From an uncultured delta proteobacterium (lineage in GTDB: Bacteria > Myxococcota > UBA727 > VGSZ01): DNA of 64,000 nucleotides. Location: positions 1-64,000 of the forward strand of contig CAVZJB010000003.1 of the NCBI GenBank assembly GCA_963775425.1. Direction: 5' to 3'. The position numbers were made by a program, and so were the translations under genes. The notes under the pieces were generated by a model that saw nothing but the letters and a program-made list of their open reading frames with translations, was not told where the DNA came from and did no database searches. Within the stretch, counting starts at the first letter, position 1, and every line of letters begins with the position of its first letter. Of the stretch, positions 10,733 to 19,736 are shown in pieces.

Positions 10733-10741
10733 GCAGCCCTG

Positions 10742-10770
10742 ATGGTCGAGGTGGGCGTCCGGTCTGTCAA
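10742..10770 (-). promoter_or_regulatory. Candidate sigma70 promoter for the 10732 gene
   Basis: Minus strand TTGACA, 17-nt spacer, GACCAT, 9 nt, ATG. Confidence 0.45.
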
Positions 10771-10836
10771 GCAATAGGGATCGCCTGGTGACCCGCGCCA
10801 AAGTGCGTCGCTCGCGGGTAGTGGTAGCGTACCCAC

Positions 10837-11583
10837 GTGCCGAAGATCCCCGCCTTCCAGGTCCGCATCACCGACATCAGCAACGGGTCGGTGCTCGTCG
10901 ACAAGAAGTTGACCGACGGCCCCACCAACGACGAGCGCAGCCTCGTCGAGCACCGCTACGGCGCCGACTGGGAGCGCGTGCGCGTGCGCCACAAGACGGA
11001 CGAAGGCGACATGAAGGTCGTCTTCCGCTGGCTCAACGGCGGCAGCTACGTCACCGAGGAGAAGGACGCCCGGATCGACGCGCCCGTCGAGGTGCAAAAG
11101 CCCAACGGCGCGCGCTTCCGCGTCGACGTGCTCGCCATCCCCGAGTCCGAGTGGAAGGCCGCGGAGGCGCTCGAGTTCAAGGCGCCGAAGGTCACCATCA
11201 CCGGCGACGGCAACGGGTGGCACATCATGTTCGAGCCGCAGCAGCGCCCCTGCGTGTGCACCGTCGCCGTCGACGGCCACACCAAGCCCGAGGCGCTGCC
11301 GTCCATCCCGTTCACGAGCGCGATGCAGCACAAGACCGCCACGCTCTACCTCAAGAAGGGCGAATTCGGCGCCGCTGACGCCGCCATCATCCGGCTCGGC
11401 GTGCGCGGCGCGGGCATGGGTGTGCGCGTGAAGCTGCCGGCGGGCACCGGCAGCGTCGAGGTCGCGCCCGACACCTTCGACCGCTCGGGCACGCCCAACC
11501 CGCAGATGCTCCAGGCCGCCTACGTGCAGGCCAAGTACCAGGAGAACGCCGCGCTCATCGCCCAGCGCGTCGTGTATCGGTAG
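10837..11583 (+). CDS. Hypothetical protein carrying one copy of the RLGVRG beta module
   Basis: PKVTI..GWHIMF...IRLGVRGAGMGVRVKLP..GSVEV; TAGCGT box 6 nt before GTG. Confidence 0.78.
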   Translation: MPKIPAFQVRITDISNGSVLVDKKLTDGPTNDERSLVEHRYGADWERVRVRHKTDEGDMKVVFRWLNGGSYVTEEKDARIDAPVEVQKPNGARFRVDVLAIPESEWKAAEALEFKAPKVTITGDGNGWHIMFEPQQRPCVCTVAVDGHTKPEALPSIPFTSAMQHKTATLYLKKGEFGAADAAIIRLGVRGAGMGVRVKLPAGTGSVEVAPDTFDRSGTPNPQMLQAAYVQAKYQENAALIAQRVVYR

Positions 11584-11588
11584 GCCGC

Positions 11589-13067
11589 GTGCGCATCCAC
11601 GCGAAGAAGGCTCCGGCCCCGATCGCCCTGACAACGAAGCCGAAGACCCCGCCGCCCACGACGACGGAGTCGCCCGGCGTCGTCGACGCGCCCGCGCCGA
11701 AGGCCACCCATGCGCTCTCGCTGGCGGGCTGGGGCGCGTGGGTCGCCGCGCTCGCGCCGCGCGGACCGCAGCCGTTCCTCGAGCCCGCCGCCGTCGACGC
11801 GCGCATCGCGGCTCTTGCGGGGCAGGGCGTGCACATCGACGAGATTGGTCGCTCGCGGGAGGGGCGCGCGATCCACGCGGGCACCGTCGGGCACGGTCCC
11901 GTCGTCATCACGGTGATGGCCGGCGCGCACCCGGACGAGCCCACAGGCACGCTCACCGGCCTTCACCTCCTCGAGAAGCTCGGGACCGATCCGCGCTTCG
12001 CGCCGCTGCTCGAGCGCATCACGCTCCACGTCGTGCCCCAGGCCAACCCCGACGGCTCCGCGCGCAACGCGGCGTGGTTCTCGTCGTGGCCGGACCTCGA
12101 GAGCTACTTCAAGAACGTCGCCCGCGACCTGCCGAAGGACGACGTCGAGTTCGGCTTCCCGGACGGCCCGTCCCGAGCACCGGGCGAGGTGCGGCCCGAG
12201 AACCGCGCGCTCGCGACGTGGCTCGACGGCATCGGCCACGTCGACCACCACGCGAGCTTGCACTCGATGTTCCTCGGCGGCGGCGCGCTCTTCCTCGTCA
12301 CCGCCGACGAGCTCAAGCCCGACACGCCTTCGCCGCACGCGCCCACCCTGCGCTTCCTCCTCGACGAGGCCGACGCGGTCGCCATGCCGCTCCACGACAA
12401 GGACCGCATGGGCCAGAAGGGCTTCTTCCGCCTCGGGGCCGGGCTCCAGACCGCGCCCACCGCCGAGGCGATGAAGGCCTTCTTCGCGGGGCAGGAGACG
12501 GCGCAGGCGTTCCTGCTGAACTCCATGCAGTACGTCGCCCAGAACGACGGCTGCCCGTTTTCGCTCGTGAGCGAGATCCCCCTCGTCTACGACCCGCGGA
12601 TCTCCTCGCAGAAGGTGACCGGCGTCACGCGCGCCGCCGCCGAGGCAGCGCTGGCAGACGGGCTCCTGGCCGTGGCGGATCGCCTCGACGCCTTCGCGGT
12701 CGGCCTCCCCGACATCCAGGAGCGGCTGCGGTCGATGCGCAACGCGGCGAAGGCGCAGAAGGCCGACCTCGGGCGCTACGGCGACAAGCCGGCCACCGAG
12801 GGGATCCTGGTCGAGAACGACCTCAACCTGCTGCGGCGCGAGGCCACGCTGCTCGCGGGGATCGTGCGCCGGCTCGACGGCGGTCCCCAGGCGGATGAGG
12901 CCGGGGAGCGCCTGAGCGCGCTGGTGGACGAGATCCGGGCGCGGTTCGAGCTGAAATTCCCGCCGGTCGACGTGCAGATGCGGCTCCAGATCGCGGCGGT
13001 GCTCGCCGGCGCCCTCGACGGCCCACCCCCCGTTTTGCCCGCGCCAACCTCGCGGTCGACCGGCTAG
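11589..13067 (+). CDS. M14 zinc carboxypeptidase-like protein with P/T/K-rich leader
   Basis: IGRSREGR, AGAHPDEP (HxxE), VVPQANPDG, SLH motifs. Confidence 0.82.
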   Translation: MRIHAKKAPAPIALTTKPKTPPPTTTESPGVVDAPAPKATHALSLAGWGAWVAALAPRGPQPFLEPAAVDARIAALAGQGVHIDEIGRSREGRAIHAGTVGHGPVVITVMAGAHPDEPTGTLTGLHLLEKLGTDPRFAPLLERITLHVVPQANPDGSARNAAWFSSWPDLESYFKNVARDLPKDDVEFGFPDGPSRAPGEVRPENRALATWLDGIGHVDHHASLHSMFLGGGALFLVTADELKPDTPSPHAPTLRFLLDEADAVAMPLHDKDRMGQKGFFRLGAGLQTAPTAEAMKAFFAGQETAQAFLLNSMQYVAQNDGCPFSLVSEIPLVYDPRISSQKVTGVTRAAAEAALADGLLAVADRLDAFAVGLPDIQERLRSMRNAAKAQKADLGRYGDKPATEGILVENDLNLLRREATLLAGIVRRLDGGPQADEAGERLSALVDEIRARFELKFPPVDVQMRLQIAAVLAGALDGPPPVLPAPTSRSTG

Positions 13068-13076
13068 AAGGAGAAC

Positions 13077-15134
13077 GTGCCGCGCCTTGGTCCGCTCCCG
13101 GGAATTTCCGTCGGTCTTGTGACCAAGACCGCCGTCGAGGCCACGTCTCCATCCGCCGCCGCCCAGGACCTCGAAGGGCTCCTCGACAAGCCGGACGTGT
13201 GGTCCGGCATGGCCGCGCCGGCGCAGTCCGCCCAGGCCCCGATCCCCCCGCAGGCGCCGGCGTCCGCCGACGCGCTCCGCGACCGGGCCGAGGTCCTCGA
13301 GCGCCGCCTCGAGTCCACGCTCCGGGCCCTGCGCAAGGAGGCCGGCGGCCGCGCCTCGCCCGCCGCCACCCGCGTCCTCGGCCAGGACGCGCTGCGCCTC
13401 CTCGTCGAGGTCATGGGCACCCGCCGGCTGGCCGCCCTCGTCGACGGCGCCGCCGCTCAGCAGAAGGGCCCGCTGGCGCTGCGCACGCGCGGCGACGCCG
13501 GCGTGGCCGCGCTCCTTCAGGGCGCGCTCGCGTCCTCGCGCCCCGACCGCCACCGCGCCATCGTCGCGCTCCTGCTGTCGTCCCCGGACCTGGCCCAGGG
13601 CGGCGGCGACAAGGCGAAGGACCTGACGGAGCCCGAGCGCCGTGCGCTCGCCGACATCCTCGGCAGCCTCGATCCGTCGTACGGCGGGTTCCTGCGCGAG
13701 AAGCTCGCCACCGGCGCCAGCATCCAGGAGGTGCGCCACCTCCTCGCCGAGCGCCTGGTGCCGGTGACCCTCGACGTCGCCCCCGCCGCCGACGCGGAGC
13801 CGGGGAAGGCCGCGGGCCTCAAGTTCGACCTCGGCATCAACAAGTGGGTGCAGAACGATCGGAGCTGGCGCTACGAGGTGCGGCTCGCGCAGATCTTCGA
13901 ATACGTCGTCGACGGCGTCATCGACGGGCGCGAGGAGCTCAAGGCGCGCCTGCTCGCGTCGTCCATCGATCCCACCACCGGTGACAGCGCCGTCGACGAA
14001 AAGACCGTCTCCGCGTTCGTCGACGATCTGCACGCGGCGCTCCTCAGCGACGATCCGGTCGTGCGCAAGCTCCTCGATCAGCGCTTCGACATGATCTTCT
14101 CGACGACGGACGGCGGCGACACCGCCGTGGCCGCGCTCTGGGAGCTCCCGGTCCGCGCCACCGCGGACCTGTTCGCGGCCATGACCGACAGCGGCACTCT
14201 CGACAAGCTCCACGGGATCGCCGAGACGGCACGCGCGGCCGACAAGAAGCGCCTCGACGACATCAAGCGCTCGCTCGGCGGCAAGCTCGACAAGTACGTC
14301 GGTGTTCCTCGTCGTCACAAGCGCGCGCACGCGGCGCTCATCAACATGGGGCTCGCAGGGCAGAGCGTGGCCGAGATGGGCAAGGACGGCGGTGTCCTCC
14401 CGCGCAGCAAGACGCTCCTCGACGCCAAGGTCATGAAGGAGCGCTACGCCGACGCCGACAACCTCAAGATGCGCTTCCTCATCTCGAGCGAGATGGAGAT
14501 GATCGTCCTGTCCGACGCCGACTTCGAGGCGGTCGTGAAGAAGTACGGCTTCCCGCCGAACCACGAGCTCCTCAGCTACAACCTGCCCATCGCGTGCAGC
14601 GGCTACGTCACCGTCGATCGCGGGCGCGTCGTCGGCCTCGAGGACGACGGCGTCATGCTCAAGGGAAAGCTCCCTGAGGGCTTGCCGCCGGCCATCGAGG
14701 TGCTGCGCGCGCGCGGCTTCGATCTCGACGAAGCGAGCATCGAGAAGAGCTCGCACGTCCTCGACTTCGAGGGATTCAAGGTGCTCGCCGGCGAGCCCGA
14801 CCCCTCCGCTCACGGCGCTGTGCCCGGCGGCTCCGCGGCCGACATCCAGAAGGCGCTCGTGTCGTCGCCGCACGTGGAGCGCCCGGCGCTCGCGGTCGCC
14901 GTGGTGCGCCGCGCGATCGAGGAGGAGATCGCCAAGGGAGCCGACGAGGCCACGGCGCGCGCGCGCGTGGTGCCGTTCCTCGCCGAGGCGCTCGGGGGCC
15001 TCCACATCATCAACACCTCGCGCAAAGACTTCCGCGAGGGCCGGCTGCCGCAGCACCTGAACGAGTCGAGCGATCTGCACATCGACGCCTCGCTCGTGGA
15101 GCACCTCGTGCGCCTCGTGAAGGTGGGCGCATGA
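13077..15134 (+). CDS. Hypothetical protein, 685 aa, low-complexity leader
   Basis: AAGGAG SD before GTG; continuous with flanking genes (ATGA overlap at 15131). Confidence 0.75.
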   Translation: MPRLGPLPGISVGLVTKTAVEATSPSAAAQDLEGLLDKPDVWSGMAAPAQSAQAPIPPQAPASADALRDRAEVLERRLESTLRALRKEAGGRASPAATRVLGQDALRLLVEVMGTRRLAALVDGAAAQQKGPLALRTRGDAGVAALLQGALASSRPDRHRAIVALLLSSPDLAQGGGDKAKDLTEPERRALADILGSLDPSYGGFLREKLATGASIQEVRHLLAERLVPVTLDVAPAADAEPGKAAGLKFDLGINKWVQNDRSWRYEVRLAQIFEYVVDGVIDGREELKARLLASSIDPTTGDSAVDEKTVSAFVDDLHAALLSDDPVVRKLLDQRFDMIFSTTDGGDTAVAALWELPVRATADLFAAMTDSGTLDKLHGIAETARAADKKRLDDIKRSLGGKLDKYVGVPRRHKRAHAALINMGLAGQSVAEMGKDGGVLPRSKTLLDAKVMKERYADADNLKMRFLISSEMEMIVLSDADFEAVVKKYGFPPNHELLSYNLPIACSGYVTVDRGRVVGLEDDGVMLKGKLPEGLPPAIEVLRARGFDLDEASIEKSSHVLDFEGFKVLAGEPDPSAHGAVPGGSAADIQKALVSSPHVERPALAVAVVRRAIEEEIAKGADEATARARVVPFLAEALGGLHIINTSRKDFREGRLPQHLNESSDLHIDASLVEHLVRLVKVGA

Positions 15135-18100
15135 CCATCCGCGGGCCCAGGAGCACCCTCACACCGCCGCCGCTCACCTCGAAGGGCGCGGCCAAGCCTT
15201 CGACGACGTCCAAGCCGACCGCCGAGGAGCTGCCGGCGGCGCCCGACACCGACAAGGACGTGTTTGGCGGCATCGCCGAGCGCCTGCAGATCACGGCCGC
15301 GGCGTGGGACAAGCAGGGCGCCGCCGCCGTCGACGCCGAGCTCGCCAAGCTCGCCACGGACGCGCGCGTGCTCTCCGATCACGTCGAGGGCGGCGCCGTC
15401 GCCACGCCGCTGTCCCGCGGGGTCGGCCGCGGCGTCCTCGTCAACACCGCCGCCGGCGCCGACAAGGCGCGCGCCGCCGGCAAGCCCTACGTCCTCGTCG
15501 TGAAGCAGCTCACGCCCGCGCTCTTCGAAGCGGCGATCGGCGCGGAGGCCCTCATCGTCGTGGGGCGCAAGAGCGACGCGTCGCGTATCGTGAAGGCGCT
15601 CGGCAAGCCCGCGGTGCGCACGGCGAAGCTCGAGGAGCCGCTCGGCCGTGAGGTCATCGTCGACGGGCAACGCGGCCGCATCGCTCCCGGGACGAGCGTG
15701 GTCGTCGCCGGGAAGGCGGACCCCGCTGTGCAGGCGCAGATCGACGCGCTCCGTCACAAGCATGGGCTCACGGTCACCGCGCAGGCGAGCACCGTGGACA
15801 AAGTGAAGGAGGCGCGGCTCTTCGGCGCCGATCGCCTGCGCATCGACGGCTTCGCGCTCCTCGCCGGCACGCGCCCCATCGCGAACGTGCGCCGCTACCT
15901 GCTGGAGACCGAGGCCGCCCCGCGGCGCGCGGCGCTCGAAAACGTCATCGCGCTCGCGAAGCCCGAGGCCAAGAAGCTGCTCGAGGCGAGCGGCGCGCTG
16001 CCCGCGACGTTCGTCCTCGGTGATCAATCGCCGCAGTCGTTCTTCCCGTCGAGCCGCGAGGGCCTCGCCAAGCTCGCGGCAGAGCTCGGGCTCCCGCCGC
16101 AGCTCGTCGCCGAACGCACCGCGGAGCTCGGCGCCGGCAACTCCAAGCTCGGCCTGCGCGGCGCGCGCTGGGCCGTGAAGGACCCGGACCTCTTCGCCGG
16201 TTGGGCGCGCGCGATCTTCGAGGCCTGGGCCGACGGGGCCGAGAGCGGGCGGCAGCCGGGTCCGCTGCGCATCGAGATCCCCAACGTCGCGCTCGGCGGC
16301 GAGATGGCGCTCGTGAAGGCGCGGCTCGAGCAGGAGCGCAAGATCGTCGAGGACGAGTACGGCATCGCGCTGCCCGTGAGCTACGCCGCCGGCATCGACA
16401 CCGCGCGCGGCGCGCTCTCCACCGATGAGATCTCGCAGCACGTCAGCGCGGTAGCGTACGGCGCGTCCGAGCTCACGGAGACGCTCTACGCGATCTCCCG
16501 CGACGACGCCGAGCAGTACCTCCCGAAGATGCTGAAGGACGGGCTCTTGCCCGCGGATCCGTTCGCGGCCATCGACGTCGACGCGTTCGGCAAGATGGTG
16601 CGCGTGGGCCAGTACCTCGCGGGCGAGACTCCCAACGCGTTCCCCGCGTCCCTCTCGGGCCCGCAGGCGATGACGGCCAACGGCATGTTCGTCGCCGCGC
16701 AATCTGGTGTGCGCGACATCGTGGTGCCGTCGTCGTCCGCGCTGCTGGCGCGCATGCTCGACGCCAGGGTGCAGACGGCGCTCAAGGCCACGGCCGGTGT
16801 GCTGGTCCCGAAAGCCGGGCTACGCGACACGCCCACCAAGCTCTTCGATCTGCTCGTCTCGCGGAACGACACCGTGAAGAAGGGCGGCACGCAGAAGGTG
16901 CCCGAGGGCGTCACCGCGCTCGAGCACGTCGAGCGTCTCCAAAAGCAGGTCGAGGCCGGCAGCATCAGCACCGCGGACGCGCTCCTGAGCGTGCCTCCGA
17001 ACATCGTCGATCAGCTCAGCAAGCCCGTCGTGGATCCGGCGGCGCAGGTGGCGCCGCTCTCGAAGGGCATCGCCGCGTCCCCGGGATGTGGTCAGGGGCG
17101 CGTCGCGCTGTCCAAGGAGGCCGCGGCGGAATTCGCGGCCGCGGGCGAGCCCTACGTGTTGATCGTGAACGAGGTCCACGCCGACGAGGTGGAGGCGACG
17201 CGCAAGGCGGCGGGCCTCGTATCGGTGCGCGGCGGCAAGACGAGCCACGCGGCGATGATTGCGAGCAACTCCGAAGTCCCGTGTGTGATGGAAGAGAAAG
17301 TCCAGATCAACCTCGACAACAAGACCGTCGGCGTGGGCAAGAGCCGCGTGAAAGAGGGCGACTGGATCACCATCGACGGCACCAAGGGCCAGATCCTCCC
17401 CGGCAAGGTGCCGCTCCTGAACCCCACCAAGTCGACGGCGTTCGCGTCGCTGATGAAGTGGGCGGACCAGCACCGCACGCTCGACGTGCTCGCGAACGCC
17501 GACACCCCGCAAGAGGCCGCGACCGCTTTCGCGCGCGGCGCCAGCGGCGTCGGCCTCGTGCGCAGCGAGCACATGTTCTACGAGGCCGACCGGCTGCTCG
17601 CGTTCCGCGCGGTGATCCTCTCGGACATCGGCAAGCGCCCCGCCGAGCTGGCAGCGCTGGAGAAGGCCCAGACCGACGACTACACCGCGCTGTTCAAGGC
17701 CGCCGGCGACAAGAAGGTCGCGGTGCGTCTGCTCGATCCGCCGCTCTACGAGTTCCTCCCCACCAAGCCCGCTGAGATCAAGGAGCTCGCGCATTCGCTC
17801 GGCGTGGCGCCGGAGCAGCTCGCGGAGCGCATCAGCGGCGCGCAGGAGGTCGACTCCATGCTCGGCATGCGCGGCGTGCGCCTGGCGCTCACGCGCCCGG
17901 ACATCGAGGCCATGCAGGTCCGCGCCCTCGCGCGCGCGTACGTCGAGGCGTCCAAGGAGGGCCCGGTCGCGCCGCTGCACATCGTCGTGCCGCAGGTCAG
18001 CGCCGCCGCCGAGATCGTGGCGGCCAAGCAGCGCATCCTCGACGTCGTCGCCGAGGTCGAGAAGGAGAGCGGCACCCAGATCCCGGTGAAGCTCGGCAGC

Positions 18101-19717
18101 ATGATCGAGACGCCGCGCGCGGCGCTCGAGGCCGGCGCCATCGGCGCCATCAGCGACTTCTTCTCGTACGGCACCAACGACCTCACGCAGGGCACGCTCG
18201 GCTACGGCCGCAACGTCGCCGCCAAGTTCATCCCGGAGCTCATCAAGTCGAAGGCGCTCACGGCGGATCCCACCGAGAGCCTCGACGACAAGGGCGTCGT
18301 GAAGCTCATGCGCGTCGCGGAATTCCTCGGCAAGGACGCGAACCCCGACCTCTACGGCGGCATCTGCGGCGGCCAGGCGGGCAATCCCGCGTCCATCGAC
18401 TCGGTGCAGGCCGCCGGCCTCAAATACATCTCGGTGTCACCGGGGCAGGTCGCGAAGGCGCGCCTTGCCGCCGGCCAGGCTGCGGTGAAGGCGTCGCAAG
18501 GCCGCGGCGCTGACGTCGACGGCGGCCACGCCACCCAGATCACCGCGGAGCTCATGCGCAGCTTGAGCGCCATCCGCACGCTGCCGACGGACGCGTCGCA
18601 GCAAGGCAGCGTCGACCTCGTCGAGCTCTACCTCCGTCAGGCCACCAGCGCGGTGCGCGCCCTGCGGCGCGCCAACGCGTCCCCCGCCGTGCTCGAGCCG
18701 CTCATGCGGTCCGCCGCGGAGGCGCGCGAGGTGCTCGACGCCGATCGCCTCGCGCGCGCGCTCGCCGCCGAAGCCGCGGCGCTGCGCGCGGACGTCGCGA
18801 AGCCGGGCGTGACCCCGGGGCGGGCCGCGACGAAGGCGCTCGACGCCGCCACCGCCGCCGCGCACGAATTCGGCGTCGCGGCCACCGAAGCGCTCAAAAA
18901 GCCGCGCTCCAGCCGCAACGAGCGCAACATCGCGTCGTTCGCATGGAAGGCGCTGCGCGCGTTCGAGGATGTGCGCAGCGCGTTGATCACGGGCGGCGCG
19001 CTGCCGGCGTCGCACCGGTTCCACGCGCGGCTGTGGCACCACAACGACGGCTGGGACAACCAGCACTACACGAACGCCGGCCCGAAGCCGGGCGAGAGCA
19101 TGACGGCGTTCATGGGTCGCGCCGCGCATGAATTCCTCGACGACAACGGGCTCGAGGTCCAGCTCGCGGGGTTCCCGTTCGACAAGCTCCCGAAGGACCG
19201 CCCCGTCATCCTCGCGGTGGCGCATCGCTCCGGTGCCATCGACCGCTTCGTCACGATGGGCTCACTGCCCATCGGCAAAGACGACGAGCTCATGTACGTC
19301 GTGCGCAAGGACAGCCCCTACGACGTCATCGCGAAGAAGAGCTTCGCCCCGGCCGACAACCCCATCCTCGCGCCCGAGAGCGCCACCGAGCTCATCGCGT
19401 CCGCGAAGGACGGGTTCGCGCACGGCAAGCGCGTGCTGCTCACCTACCCGCAAGGCACCGGCACCATCGCCGGCGAGTCGCGCTACCCCGCGTCGTCCGT
19501 GGTGCGCCTGGCCATCGAGAGCGGCGCCGTGATCGTCCCCGTGACGACGTCAGACAGCTTCGACACGCGTCCCTTCGACGGCTCCGAGCTGTTCCTGCGG
19601 ATCCACGATCCCATCGACCCCCTCACGATCGACGGCGCCGACGCCGCGTTCGTCGAGAAATACGTACACACCGCACTCCAGTACGAGCTCACCAACGGCT
19701 ACCGCGCCAAGCTCTAA
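15131..19717 (+). CDS. Tandem PPDK-like (His swivel + PEP/pyruvate barrel) x2 fused to a PlsC-like acyltransferase; no ATP-grasp domain
   Basis: Second copy has ASPG, GGKTSHAA, ITIDG, ANADTP, GVGLVRSEHMF, RLLDPPLYEFLP, MLGMRGVRL, MIETPRAAL, FFSYGTNDLTQ, GICG; first copy degenerate; C-terminal HRSGAID and YPQGT. Confidence 0.85.
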   Translation: MTIRGPRSTLTPPPLTSKGAAKPSTTSKPTAEELPAAPDTDKDVFGGIAERLQITAAAWDKQGAAAVDAELAKLATDARVLSDHVEGGAVATPLSRGVGRGVLVNTAAGADKARAAGKPYVLVVKQLTPALFEAAIGAEALIVVGRKSDASRIVKALGKPAVRTAKLEEPLGREVIVDGQRGRIAPGTSVVVAGKADPAVQAQIDALRHKHGLTVTAQASTVDKVKEARLFGADRLRIDGFALLAGTRPIANVRRYLLETEAAPRRAALENVIALAKPEAKKLLEASGALPATFVLGDQSPQSFFPSSREGLAKLAAELGLPPQLVAERTAELGAGNSKLGLRGARWAVKDPDLFAGWARAIFEAWADGAESGRQPGPLRIEIPNVALGGEMALVKARLEQERKIVEDEYGIALPVSYAAGIDTARGALSTDEISQHVSAVAYGASELTETLYAISRDDAEQYLPKMLKDGLLPADPFAAIDVDAFGKMVRVGQYLAGETPNAFPASLSGPQAMTANGMFVAAQSGVRDIVVPSSSALLARMLDARVQTALKATAGVLVPKAGLRDTPTKLFDLLVSRNDTVKKGGTQKVPEGVTALEHVERLQKQVEAGSISTADALLSVPPNIVDQLSKPVVDPAAQVAPLSKGIAASPGCGQGRVALSKEAAAEFAAAGEPYVLIVNEVHADEVEATRKAAGLVSVRGGKTSHAAMIASNSEVPCVMEEKVQINLDNKTVGVGKSRVKEGDWITIDGTKGQILPGKVPLLNPTKSTAFASLMKWADQHRTLDVLANADTPQEAATAFARGASGVGLVRSEHMFYEADRLLAFRAVILSDIGKRPAELAALEKAQTDDYTALFKAAGDKKVAVRLLDPPLYEFLPTKPAEIKELAHSLGVAPEQLAERISGAQEVDSMLGMRGVRLALTRPDIEAMQVRALARAYVEASKEGPVAPLHIVVPQVSAAAEIVAAKQRILDVVAEVEKESGTQIPVKLGSMIETPRAALEAGAIGAISDFFSYGTNDLTQGTLGYGRNVAAKFIPELIKSKALTADPTESLDDKGVVKLMRVAEFLGKDANPDLYGGICGGQAGNPASIDSVQAAGLKYISVSPGQVAKARLAAGQAAVKASQGRGADVDGGHATQITAELMRSLSAIRTLPTDASQQGSVDLVELYLRQATSAVRALRRANASPAVLEPLMRSAAEAREVLDADRLARALAAEAAALRADVAKPGVTPGRAATKALDAATAAAHEFGVAATEALKKPRSSRNERNIASFAWKALRAFEDVRSALITGGALPASHRFHARLWHHNDGWDNQHYTNAGPKPGESMTAFMGRAAHEFLDDNGLEVQLAGFPFDKLPKDRPVILAVAHRSGAIDRFVTMGSLPIGKDDELMYVVRKDSPYDVIAKKSFAPADNPILAPESATELIASAKDGFAHGKRVLLTYPQGTGTIAGESRYPASSVVRLAIESGAVIVPVTTSDSFDTRPFDGSELFLRIHDPIDPLTIDGADAAFVEKYVHTALQYELTNGYRAKL

Positions 19718-19736
19718 CGGAGCCGAGAGACCCACC

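Noticed and set aside
11520-15104. Long antisense and alternate-frame ORFs (e.g. 11520-15104, 26025-28985, 50699-54151, 55513-58548)
   Set aside because: Shadow ORFs expected at very high GC; they overlap well-supported genes and have no motifs.
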